A stretch of DNA of 64,000 nucleotides from Bacteroidia bacterium (GTDB lineage Bacteria; Bacteroidota; Bacteroidia; UKL13-3). The position numbers were made by a program, and so were the translations under genes. The notes beneath the pieces were generated by a model that was not told where the DNA came from, made no database searches, and was given only the letters and a program-made list of their open reading frames with translations. This document shows, piece by piece, positions 39,642-48,032 of the stretch (the stretch's first letter is position 1; the number at the start of each line of letters is the position of its first letter). The stretch is taken from NCBI GenBank assembly GCA_025454875.1, contig JALONP010000025.1:5264-69263 (forward strand), given 5' to 3'.

Positions 39642-40451
39642 GTGGCAATCTTAAATCAACAAATCCCTTTAGTGAAACATTGTATTTGGTGTAAGCAGAT
39701 TGAGGAAGAAACTCAATTTCAAAAATTGGCACACACAATTCCTCAAAGTATAGGCGGACAACACATTTGTGAAAATGTTTGTGATAAATGTAACCATTTC
39801 TTTGGCCAACATTTCAATGGCGCTCCTTCTGTAGAATCAATAATTAAAGAAACATTTAATGTTTCGAGAATAAGATTAATTGACAAAAACAAAATTGGAA
39901 AAAACAAACCAATTACAAAGTTTTCGTCTCAATATTTTAATGTAGACCTCTCCAAAAACAAATTCTCATTAAAACCATCATTTCGGCTTCAAAAAGGTTT
40001 TCAAGAAAAAATTGGGCGACAAATCAAAAAGGGCCTCTATAAAATGTTTTTAGAAGAAATAGAGCGACAAAAGGGAGACGGACATAATTCTAAATATGAT
40101 TTCATAAGAGAGTTCTGCAGATATGACATTGGTGATTATCCAGTCTTTTACTTTGAACGCACACATGGAATAATAATGATGGTGACAAGTTGGATCACAA
40201 CACCAGAATTATTCTTAGATCCTGACCAACAATTCAAATACTTAATAAGAGAACCGTACTTTTTTGAATTTGAATTTTTGGGACACGTTTTTGGCATTGC
40301 GACATCAAGGCATTGGGATCTTGCAGTCGAAAACTATATAAAAAAAACTAGTGAAGCCAAAAGCGGTTTATTCAGAAAATGGAGAATGGTGAAATACTTT
40401 AATGATATTGATTTATCACTAAGTATTTTGGATGACTATCACAGACCCTAA
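39642..40451 (+). CDS. HNH-like zinc-finger nuclease domain protein with uncharacterised C-terminal domain
   Basis: 269 aa. The N-terminus is CIWCKQ...AHTIPQSIGGQ...CDKCNHFFG (CxxC...H-x-I-P-x-S-x-GG...CxxCN, an HNH beta-beta-alpha-Me pattern). I do not recognise the remaining 200 aa. The gene is very AT-rich. Confidence 0.6.
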   Translation: MAILNQQIPLVKHCIWCKQIEEETQFQKLAHTIPQSIGGQHICENVCDKCNHFFGQHFNGAPSVESIIKETFNVSRIRLIDKNKIGKNKPITKFSSQYFNVDLSKNKFSLKPSFRLQKGFQEKIGRQIKKGLYKMFLEEIERQKGDGHNSKYDFIREFCRYDIGDYPVFYFERTHGIIMMVTSWITTPELFLDPDQQFKYLIREPYFFEFEFLGHVFGIATSRHWDLAVENYIKKTSEAKSGLFRKWRMVKYFNDIDLSLSILDDYHRP

Positions 40452-40465
40452 GGCCGCCACTAACA

Positions 40466-40556
40466 TCGTCCTTAATACAAGTGCCGCGCATTTAGTTGCA
40501 TCAACATTTTTCTTCGAATTTTTATTTATCTTGGTTAACAGATTTTAGTTCCGCAC
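40466..40556. repeat. Intergenic mosaic repeat, copy R1 (left half plus AGTTGCAT plus right half)
   Basis: 40485-40512 matches 41303-41330 at 27/28. 40509-40556 matches 42961-43008 at 36/48 ungapped. AGTTGCAT is at 40494-40501. Confidence 0.7.
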
Positions 40557-40632
40557 TCGCCACCTTCGCAAAGCCGCCAAACCGTTACCACCAGTTCATT
40601 TGAATTCAAGCAAAAATATTACTTTTGCCATA

Positions 40633-40935
40633 ATGACTATTCTATCATCTCATATTGATCAAATTAAAGACATCTGTGCATCGAATCAGGTTCGGACTCT
40701 TTTTGCATTTGGTTCTGTAACAAACGACAAATTTAGACCTGACAGTGATATTGATTTGATAGTCGATATTGCAGAATCAGACCCACTTGTATATTCAGAC
40801 AAATATTTCAACCTAAAAGAACAACTAGAGAGAATATTTAACAGACATATTGACCTTTTGGAACACAAAGCCCTTAGAAACAGATTTCTAAAGGAAGAAA
40901 TTGATCAAACCAAAGTTCTCATTTATGAAGCATGA
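40633..40935 (+). CDS. MNT-type nucleotidyltransferase (type VII antitoxin)
   Basis: FAFGSVTNDKFRPDSDIDLIVD is the minimal nucleotidyltransferase GS-x(n)-D-x-D motif. It is paired with a HepT gene. A TAnnTTTG box (TACTTTTG, 40620-40627) lies just upstream. Confidence 0.85.
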   Translation: MTILSSHIDQIKDICASNQVRTLFAFGSVTNDKFRPDSDIDLIVDIAESDPLVYSDKYFNLKEQLERIFNRHIDLLEHKALRNRFLKEEIDQTKVLIYEA

Positions 40936-41263
40936 AATTGCATCCTGCCTTGCTGATATTAAGCAGGCAATAGATGAAATCAACACATTTCTCCCTGAGA
41001 AAAAGAACTTCTTTGAATTTAAGCAAGACATTAAGACCAAAAGGGCAATTGAGCGGAATATTGAAATAATCGGTGAGGCTGTTAACCGCATACTTAAGGC
41101 AGATTCAAATTACCCAATTACTAATGCTCGTAGAATTGTTGATACCCGGAACAGAATTAGTCACGGTTATGATAGCGTTACAGAAGATATTATTTGGGGT
41201 ATTGTAGTCAAAGAAATTCCTTCTCTTGACAAAGAGATTAGCAGTCTTTTAGACAGTTTTTAG
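40925..41263 (+). CDS. HepT-like (DUF86) RNase toxin
   Basis: Has the R-x4-H-x-Y motif RNRISHGY. About 112 aa. Its start overlaps the MNT stop by 11 nt. Confidence 0.85.
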   Translation: MKHEIASCLADIKQAIDEINTFLPEKKNFFEFKQDIKTKRAIERNIEIIGEAVNRILKADSNYPITNARRIVDTRNRISHGYDSVTEDIIWGIVVKEIPSLDKEISSLLDSF

Positions 41264-41283
41264 TGATTGCACTGGCGGTAAAA

Positions 41284-41330
41284 ACGGTCTTAACCGGAAT
41301 GTCGCGTATTTAGTTGCATCAACATTTTTC
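41284..41330. repeat. Intergenic mosaic repeat, copy R2 (left half plus AGTTGCAT only)
   Basis: 41303-41330 matches R1 at 27/28. Weaker similarity extends about 20 nt upstream. The sequence diverges after CATTTTTC. Confidence 0.65.
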
Positions 41331-41475
41331 CAGTTCACGCTATCATCATGATTGTGCGCACTCTATAAAGCAAACAGAATATACTAAAAGAGCTTTTTGG
41401 AACCTAAATAAGCGTTATGCTGGGAGAGGAATCAATGCATCCATGCAGCGGTTAGTGTTTATACGATACCCATTT

Positions 41476-41865
41476 CTATTTCTTTTTTACCTTTTGTTTG
41501 TTTAATCTAAATTCTTCTCCCCACTGTGCCATTGTTTGGATCACTGGTGATAATGTGAGTCCGAACTCAGTTAACGTATACTCAACCTTTGGAGGAATCT
41601 CAGCATATATTTTTCTGCTAATAATGCCATCTTCTTCCAATTCTCTTAGCTGCTGAGTAAGCATCGATTGCGTGATACCTGCTACACTGCGTTTCAGTTC
41701 GCCAAACCTTGCCGGAGAAGTAAAGTAAATTGCATTGATGAGAATTGGTTTCCATTTGCCCCCCAATACCTTCATGGTAGCAGTTACTGGGCAATTATTT
41801 TCATCAAAAACTGTTTTGATTTTAGTTTTAACTAATTGATTATCATTAATAGTAGTTTTTTTCAT
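41476..41865 (-). CDS. HxlR family transcriptional regulator
   Basis: CPVTATMKVLGGKWKPILI...RFGELKR...ITQSMLTQQLRELEEDGIISR is the HxlR winged-helix pattern. It is divergent from ohr. Confidence 0.85.
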   Translation of the reverse strand: MKKTTINDNQLVKTKIKTVFDENNCPVTATMKVLGGKWKPILINAIYFTSPARFGELKRSVAGITQSMLTQQLRELEEDGIISRKIYAEIPPKVEYTLTEFGLTLSPVIQTMAQWGEEFRLNKQKVKKK

Positions 41866-41952
41866 ACTTACTTGTTTTATATGTCCTACTTGTTTGTAGT
41901 AATGTAACATGGATAACTTGCAGTACAAAAATAAAAAACAAACTTTAAAAAA

Positions 41953-42375
41953 ATGGAAAAAATGTATGAAGCAGAAGTGACAACGTTAGCCGGTCGCAAC
42001 GGTCACGCAAAATCATCCGATAGTTTATTGGATTTAGACATTAGGTTACCAAAAGAAATGGGTGGTTCGGGTGGCGCAACCAACCCCGAACAACTTTTTG
42101 CAGCAGCTTGGTCAGCTTGTTTTGGTACGAGTGTAACCGTTGCAGCCGGAATTGAAAAAGTTAAGATTGGTGATGTTTCGGTAACGGCTAAAATTGGTGT
42201 GTTTCACGATAACGGCAATTTTGATCTTGGCGCTCATTTGTTAGTTAAAATTAATGATGTAGACTACGCTACTGCCAAAAAACTGGTAGAAATCACCCAA
42301 TCGATTTGTTCGTATTCAAAAGCAACCAAGGGAAATATTAAAACCACATACGAGGTTGTAACAACAGAATTATAA
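41953..42375 (+). CDS. ohr: Organic hydroperoxide resistance protein (Ohr/OsmC family)
   Basis: 140 aa with both conserved Cys contexts (AAWSACFG and SICSYSKATKGN). Confidence 0.85.
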   Translation: MEKMYEAEVTTLAGRNGHAKSSDSLLDLDIRLPKEMGGSGGATNPEQLFAAAWSACFGTSVTVAAGIEKVKIGDVSVTAKIGVFHDNGNFDLGAHLLVKINDVDYATAKKLVEITQSICSYSKATKGNIKTTYEVVTTEL

Positions 42376-42407
42376 ACTTTTTTCTAAACACTTTAAATTG
42401 AATAAAC

Positions 42408-42773
42408 ATGGTCACTACTTTAAATTGGTTTGAAATCCCAGCAACAGATTTCGAGAGAGCAAAAGCATTTTATGCGTCAGTTTTAGATGCACAAATTCAT
42501 GACGACCCTAATAGGCAATATGCCTATTTACCTTCTGATCCAGAAAAAGGGGGATTTGGCGGTGCAATTGGTTTTGGTGAAAATTTTGTTCCTTCAACAA
42601 CTGGTACAACTATTTACTTAGATGGCGGAAATGACCTTTCAGTTCCGCTAAGCAGGGTAGAAAGAGCAGGTGGAAAAATTATTTTGCCGAAAACTGCAAT
42701 TGGAGCCAATGGCTTTATTGCACTTTTCATTGATACAGAAGGAAACAAGTTAGGTTTTCATTCAATGGGTTAA
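42408..42773 (+). CDS. VOC (glyoxalase/bleomycin-resistance fold) family protein
   Basis: 121 aa with WFEIPATDFERAKAFY and a C-terminal DTEGNKLGFHS. Confidence 0.75.
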   Translation: MVTTLNWFEIPATDFERAKAFYASVLDAQIHDDPNRQYAYLPSDPEKGGFGGAIGFGENFVPSTTGTTIYLDGGNDLSVPLSRVERAGGKIILPKTAIGANGFIALFIDTEGNKLGFHSMG

Positions 42774-42801
42774 TTGAGGTTCATCCCTTATGTTGTAAAG
42801 T

Positions 42802-42847
42802 AGCTGATAGAAGTACCATTATTGATATTTCTATCAGCTTTGTTTTT
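42802..42847 (+). terminator. Rho-independent terminator after the ohr-VOC pair
   Basis: agctgatagaa-16 nt-ttctatcagct is a perfect 11-bp stem followed by TTGTTTTT. Confidence 0.75.
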
Positions 42848-42941
42848 AGATTCATCTTTATCAGCAATTGGATATTGAGTGTGGACTAAGGGCGAACAAG
42901 AAGTTTGGAAGTGAACCATCGCAGTTTTTGCAGGTGTTCTA

Positions 42942-43008
42942 CATTTATAAGCAGTTGCATTTTCTTCGTAATTTTACTTACCTTAGTTCTCTGATTTTCG
43001 TTCAGCAT
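42942..43008. repeat. Intergenic mosaic repeat, copy R3 (AGTTGCAT plus right half)
   Basis: CATTTA...AGTTGCAT (42953-42960) is followed by 42961-43008, which matches R1 40509-40556 at 36/48 ungapped. Confidence 0.65.
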
Positions 43009-43023
43009 ATCAAAACCTATTGG

Positions 43024-43031
43024 TAGTTTTG
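43024..43031 (+). promoter_or_regulatory. Candidate -7 box (TAnnTTTG) for the WG-repeat gene
   Basis: TAGTTTTG lies 38 nt upstream of the ATG at 43070. This is a pattern match only. Confidence 0.3.
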
Positions 43032-43069
43032 CTGATTATACTTTTAATACGAATAAATCAAACAAGAGT

Positions 43070-43696
43070 ATGAAAAGAGCAACCCTATTCCTTATAACAA
43101 TGTTCGCTTTAACAACATTGAAATCACAAGTTGCGTATGATCAAATCGACTTATTCGATATGAACAGGAAAGGTTGGGCACAAGTAAAATTGAACGGAAA
43201 GTTTGGGTTCATCGATAGTAACGGCATTGAAATCGTACAACCTATTTATGACAATATTTACCTATTCGACATGGATAAGCAAGGTTGGGCGAAAGTTAAG
43301 TTGAACGGAAAGTTTGGGTTCATCGATAGTAACGGCATTGAAACCGTACAACCTATTTATGACAATATTTACCTATTCGACATGGATAAGCAAGGTTGGG
43401 CGAAAGTTAAGTTGAACGGAAAGTTCGGGGTCATTAATAGTAACGGCATTGAAATCGTACAACCTGTTTATGACGATATTGACCTATTCGACATGGATAA
43501 GCAAGGTTGGGCAAAAGTTAAATTAAACGGAAAGTTCGGGTTCATTAATTCTAACGGCATCGAAATCGTACATCCTATTTACGATGCTATTGAACGATTC
43601 GATATGGATAAGCAAGGTTGGGCTGCTGTTAGAATTGGTAAACAAGTTAGCTATATAGACACGAATGGTGTGTTGGTGTTAACTGATAAAAACTAA
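43070..43696 (+). CDS. WG-repeat (KWG-type) secreted protein
   Basis: Signal peptide followed by five 37-aa units: YDNIYLFDMDKQGWAKVKLNGKFGFIDSNGIE.VQPI. Confidence 0.8.
   Translation: MKRATLFLITMFALTTLKSQVAYDQIDLFDMNRKGWAQVKLNGKFGFIDSNGIEIVQPIYDNIYLFDMDKQGWAKVKLNGKFGFIDSNGIETVQPIYDNIYLFDMDKQGWAKVKLNGKFGVINSNGIEIVQPVYDDIDLFDMDKQGWAKVKLNGKFGFINSNGIEIVHPIYDAIERFDMDKQGWAAVRIGKQVSYIDTNGVLVLTDKN
43136..43690 (+). repeat. Five tandem 111-bp units inside the WG-repeat gene
   Basis: Unit starts are 43136, 43247, 43358, 43469 and 43580. Units 2 and 3 differ at 6 of 111 nt, and their first 69 nt are identical. Confidence 0.9.
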
Positions 43697-43799
43697 CACG
43701 AAGAAATAAAACGCCAACAGCACACATAAAATCGGCAATCATTTTCGCGTCTCATCTTTATTCACACACCTTGCTTCATTGCTTTCCCTTCTTTTAGGT

Positions 43800-43807
43800 T
43801 ATATTTG
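43800..43807 (+). promoter_or_regulatory. Candidate -7 box (TAnnTTTG) for the GH16 gene
   Basis: TATATTTG lies 27 nt upstream of the ATG at 43835. This is a pattern match only. Confidence 0.3.
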
Positions 43808-43834
43808 GTTTTCCATCTTACGGCAACCACACCT

Positions 43835-45454
43835 ATGTACGGTAAACTTATACCATTGTTTTTATTTACACTTGCTTGTTTTGCCTCCCAAGCTCAAACC
43901 ATTAAAGATGATTTTGAAGGAAACGGCAATATCAGCAATTGGGTAGGTGATGATTGTTTGGTAAAAACTGATTTGCTAAATCCATTTAAAACTGAAACCA
44001 ACAACTCAAATACTGTGCTCGAGTACCAAGATAAGGGAGGTTTGTATGCCAATATTCGATTCGATTTATCCCAAAATTTGAATTTAACTTTTGAAAGTGT
44101 TTTTACGTTTAAGATTTATGTTCCCTCAAGCGGTATCACGGGTAATCAGCCTAACCAAGTATCACTCAAATTGCAAGATGGTAAATTGCCGCAACCTTGG
44201 TCTACGCAATCAGAAATTATTAAACCCATCTTATTGGATCAATGGCAAACCATCACCATTGATTTTGCAAAAGATTCTTATATCAATCTTGATGCTGGAT
44301 CGTTGCCTCCGGTGCAAAGAAAAGATTTTAACAGGGTGCTTATTCAAGTAAACGGTGAAAACAATGCCGCCAATGTTGTTGCGTATATTGACGATTTTGA
44401 GCAAAAGAGGGCTATTGTCGCTCCTTCCATTTATACCGAATTGGTTTGGTCTGATGAGTTTACAACAGATGGTCCAGTTAGTCCCACGCACTGGTTTCAC
44501 CAAACCCAATTGCCTATTGGCGGCAGTTGGTACAATGGCGAAATACAACACTACACCAATCGAATAGCTAATTCAAGTGTTGAAAATGGGGTTTTAAAAT
44601 TGATTGCCCAAAAGGAATTGTTTACTGATCAAGGTTACACCAAACAATATACCTCTGCACGATTAAACTCCAAGTTTGCTTTTGCATATGGAAGGGTAGA
44701 GTTTAGAGCGAAACTACCAACAGGCATTGGAACATGGCCTGCCGTATGGATGTTGGGTAAAAACATAGATGAAGATGGAGCTTATTGGGATAATTTAGGT
44801 TTTGGGAATACACCTTGGCCTGCTTGTGGTGAAATTGATATTATGGAGCATTGGGGACACAATCAAAATTATGTAACCAGCGCCATTCACACACCTTCAA
44901 GTTTTGGTAATACGGTAAATGTAGGTGGACAAACAATTTCAACTGCATCCACCGCTTTTCATGTGTATGCTGTTGAGTGGTCGCCAAGCCAAATCGTATT
45001 TAGTGTCGATTCAACAATTCACTATACGTATAACCCTTCTCAAAAAAGTGCATCAACTTGGCCTTTTGATGCAGCACATTATTTGATTATCAATATCGCT
45101 ATACAACCAAGTATTGCTGCTTCATTTACACAAAGTGCTTTGGAAATAGATTATATAAGGGTTTACCAAGAACGCAGCACAGGTATCAACACTCCATTGG
45201 CATTTAACCAACATACAATTTATCCCAATCCGGTAACCAACTATTTGACAGTTCCCATTGAAAATCCTGTAGACAACCGTTTGTTCATTCAAGTTTATGG
45301 TGTAGATGGTAAGCTTGCCATGTCGAATGTTTATTTGGTAAATAACCAAAGCGTGTACATCAATGATTTGGATGTACTTAAACCAGGAGTTTATGTATTA
45401 ATGTATACTTTAGGAGATAAGCACTATAACCACCGATTTGTTAAACAACAATAG
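43835..45454 (+). CDS. Glycoside hydrolase family 16 beta-glucanase (laminarinase-like) with N-terminal CBM-like domain and T9SS C-terminal sorting domain
   Basis: Signal peptide MYGKLIPLFLFTLACFASQAQ. GH16 core: LVWSDEF, YTSARLNSK, WPAVWMLG and the catalytic GEIDIMEH. The C-terminus IYPNPVTNYLTV...GVYVLMY is a T9SS tail. Confidence 0.85.
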   Translation: MYGKLIPLFLFTLACFASQAQTIKDDFEGNGNISNWVGDDCLVKTDLLNPFKTETNNSNTVLEYQDKGGLYANIRFDLSQNLNLTFESVFTFKIYVPSSGITGNQPNQVSLKLQDGKLPQPWSTQSEIIKPILLDQWQTITIDFAKDSYINLDAGSLPPVQRKDFNRVLIQVNGENNAANVVAYIDDFEQKRAIVAPSIYTELVWSDEFTTDGPVSPTHWFHQTQLPIGGSWYNGEIQHYTNRIANSSVENGVLKLIAQKELFTDQGYTKQYTSARLNSKFAFAYGRVEFRAKLPTGIGTWPAVWMLGKNIDEDGAYWDNLGFGNTPWPACGEIDIMEHWGHNQNYVTSAIHTPSSFGNTVNVGGQTISTASTAFHVYAVEWSPSQIVFSVDSTIHYTYNPSQKSASTWPFDAAHYLIINIAIQPSIAASFTQSALEIDYIRVYQERSTGINTPLAFNQHTIYPNPVTNYLTVPIENPVDNRLFIQVYGVDGKLAMSNVYLVNNQSVYINDLDVLKPGVYVLMYTLGDKHYNHRFVKQQ

Positions 45455-45541
45455 TCGCTTGCAATTTTCAAAGGCTAGAATGATTGTTGGACCAGTATCA
45501 ATAATTGTATTTAACGGAATTAAAACAAGCACTAACCAGCG

Positions 45542-47032
45542 CTAATAGGTATCTGATTCGTTTGGTGATTTTTGTTTGTGATACAAGTCGATAGCTGTAA
45601 TCATGGCAAAAAAGCCCCAGAATAAAATCGCAATTTTATCTGTTTCGCTGTAGTTGTTCATTACCCCATGTACGAAATACGTAAGCATGCCCAGTAAAAT
45701 CCCAAGCGATGTATATTTTACTTTAGGATCTTGGGCAGTATAATACAGCCTAAATGCGGTTGATAAACCTGTGTATACCAACAACAACATTAATAAGGCG
45801 CCTATCAAACCGGTTTCGCATAATGGCTGCAAGTATTCGCTGTGGGCATTTCCACCATCTCCATAATCGGTACTAATGATGGTGCGGTTGCGGCTCAATT
45901 GGAAAGGACCGTAAACAAATGAGTAGGTTCCAGGACCAAAACCTACAAACGGCCGTTCCACAAACATATCAATGGCACAACTCCACCTGTTTAAACGCTC
46001 CATATTGGATGCATCTGTTTTAATATTGGAAGCAGACCTAAAATGTTCAAAATAATCTTTTGATGAATCTTGGTTGTTTTTCGACAGCACATACAACAGT
46101 TCATCTTGAAACGTAAAGACCAAACCTGCCAACGTAAACACCAACACTAAAATGGTATTAAACCTAATTTTGAGTAGGATGGGCACCATGGCAGCAATAG
46201 CCAAAATAATGCTTAACCAAGCTGCACGTGTGTATGAAAAGAAAAGCGCGATACAATAAATAACTAAGATTGCTGCAATGGCAATGTATAAGGGCGTGTT
46301 GTGTTTGAAAACTGCAGGTAAGAATACATAACAACACAGTATTGGCAGCACAAATGCAATGGCAGCGGCATAAACCCCATGCGAAACATAAAAAGGCATG
46401 GTTATCGTGTACGAGTATTTCTGGCTAAAGTGATAGGCGCTGTGTTCTTTTAGTACATAACCAATAACCAGTAACAACGCCAGTGTATAAAGCCCGATAT
46501 ACAAATGGATATTGGTAAACTTTTTAAACAATGGAATGCCCAAAAAATAAAAGGCAACAACAAACCAAAGTTTAGATACGAGAAACTTGACTGATGCGAG
46601 CGGCACCTCGCTTGTTAGTGTGGTAATGAATGTCCAAACCAATTGTAATAAAATTACAACGGTTATCGGGTGTTTAAAAATGCTCCGATCGTATTGCCCA
46701 TCTATTAAGAACTTAAACAATGCAAGCGGTAAGATAAGCATGAGCAAGGGTTCAGCAGGTAAGCTGATTCCCAAGCCAAACCCTATATTATCAAAATTAA
46801 TGGAAAGCGGTACTAAAAAACAGAGAAGCAACAACACAAGGTCGAGTTTGAAAAATACAAGTAAGCCAAATAAAAACACCAATGGCAGTGCAGGCATCCA
46901 TAACCAGTCGGCCCAAACTGCAATGCTTTGCACTGCAATAAAAGCAGCACATATTCCGTAAAACCATTTGTGTTGCGTGAGTTGGTTCACGTTATTCCGA
47001 CTTGAAGTTGCTGTATTTTTCGAGAATAACAA
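45542..47032 (-). CDS. O-antigen ligase (Wzy_C) family membrane protein
   Basis: 496 aa with about 12 TM segments and a large loop containing SYTRAAWLS and NAHSEYLQ, which are Wzy_C-type motifs. Confidence 0.7.
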   Translation of the reverse strand: MLFSKNTATSSRNNVNQLTQHKWFYGICAAFIAVQSIAVWADWLWMPALPLVFLFGLLVFFKLDLVLLLLCFLVPLSINFDNIGFGLGISLPAEPLLMLILPLALFKFLIDGQYDRSIFKHPITVVILLQLVWTFITTLTSEVPLASVKFLVSKLWFVVAFYFLGIPLFKKFTNIHLYIGLYTLALLLVIGYVLKEHSAYHFSQKYSYTITMPFYVSHGVYAAAIAFVLPILCCYVFLPAVFKHNTPLYIAIAAILVIYCIALFFSYTRAAWLSIILAIAAMVPILLKIRFNTILVLVFTLAGLVFTFQDELLYVLSKNNQDSSKDYFEHFRSASNIKTDASNMERLNRWSCAIDMFVERPFVGFGPGTYSFVYGPFQLSRNRTIISTDYGDGGNAHSEYLQPLCETGLIGALLMLLLVYTGLSTAFRLYYTAQDPKVKYTSLGILLGMLTYFVHGVMNNYSETDKIAILFWGFFAMITAIDLYHKQKSPNESDTY

Positions 47033-47990
47033 TGGTGATGCATGCAGTTAAAAATGCACCAATAGCGGCTAAAACAACAATAATAGAGCGAATCGGGAAA
47101 GCTTTGGTTTGCGGAACATATGCTTGTGAGATAACAAAAATATTGCTCATTTTGCGAGCAACATCTACTTTGGCTTGCTCAAAGCGTGTGCTTAAATCGG
47201 CAAGGTTTTCAGCTTCATATTTCAACAACTCTTCAAGCATAATATATTCGCCATTATACTCGCCAAGGGCTTTTCTTTCTTGGTTTGTAAATGAGTTTTG
47301 TTGGCCTTTACCAACAACTTCTGATAAGCCTTTTGATTGTTCAACAGAATTGTAAACTCCTTTGGAAGCAATCTCTCTTAGCAAGGTTTTAATCGAATCC
47401 ATTCGGTTCAGTTTGTCGTTGTAAGCTTTTTCAACAATTTGGTAAGCTTGCACAGCTACTTTACGTTGCACTTCAGTACGAATGGTATCAACCATGCCCA
47501 TGATGGCGTTTGCCAAATCAGCTGCCATTTGCGGATTTTCGTCCAATACGGTTATTTCGATAGCGTTGTAATTGGTTCGGCTAATGGTGGTGTTTTTCGA
47601 AAACTTTTTATACACAATATCCATTTGTTGTGGATTGCTCGCAGGTACTTTGTAATGATCGGCTAAGTTGTAGCGGTTAATAATTCGTCCTGCTAATTCG
47701 CCTGAGTTCAGTATTTGTAGGTATTGTTCTGCAATTTCTTCATCACCAAATTCCAGCAAATCACGTCCGCGGTCCTTGGTATTGTAAAACAAATAAGCCG
47801 ATACTGTATTTACAGTGGTTGGGTAAAAAATGCATCCCGACTTATACTTTGGGGTAATAAACATGGGTCCTGACCCAATATATGCAACCACAGCAGCACT
47901 AATGGTAATAATGGCCAATTGTTTTTTCCATTTGAGGATAAAGGCCAATACTGCAATAAATTCAAAATTATACGTGTTTTTAGATTCCAT
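46992..47990 (-). CDS. Wzz-like polysaccharide chain-length determinant family protein
   Basis: 332 aa with N- and C-terminal TM helices flanking a coiled-coil periplasmic region. Its stop overlaps the ligase start region. Confidence 0.55.
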   Translation of the reverse strand: MESKNTYNFEFIAVLAFILKWKKQLAIITISAAVVAYIGSGPMFITPKYKSGCIFYPTTVNTVSAYLFYNTKDRGRDLLEFGDEEIAEQYLQILNSGELAGRIINRYNLADHYKVPASNPQQMDIVYKKFSKNTTISRTNYNAIEITVLDENPQMAADLANAIMGMVDTIRTEVQRKVAVQAYQIVEKAYNDKLNRMDSIKTLLREIASKGVYNSVEQSKGLSEVVGKGQQNSFTNQERKALGEYNGEYIMLEELLKYEAENLADLSTRFEQAKVDVARKMSNIFVISQAYVPQTKAFPIRSIIVVLAAIGAFLTACITIVILEKYSNFKSE

Positions 47991-48032
47991 ATGGTTGATT
48001 AAGTTCTAACTATCGAAACGCAATATTAAGTA

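Noticed and set aside
40452-40599. Possibility that the island repeats are integron attC sites (a CALIN-like array)
   Set aside because: I could not find the paired RYYYAAC / GTTRRRY core sites or the imperfect inverted-repeat arms expected of attC. No intI-type integrase is in the window. I kept only the neutral description of a mosaic repeat.
41314-41505. 63-aa ORF between HepT and hxlR
   Set aside because: It starts inside repeat copy R2 and runs into the 3' end of hxlR on the opposite strand. It has no motif and an unusual composition.
41885-41901. Possible HxlR operator in the hxlR-ohr divergent region (ctac-ttgttt-gtag / tact-N7-agta)
   Set aside because: The arms are only 4 bp in an AT-rich region, which is easily a chance occurrence.
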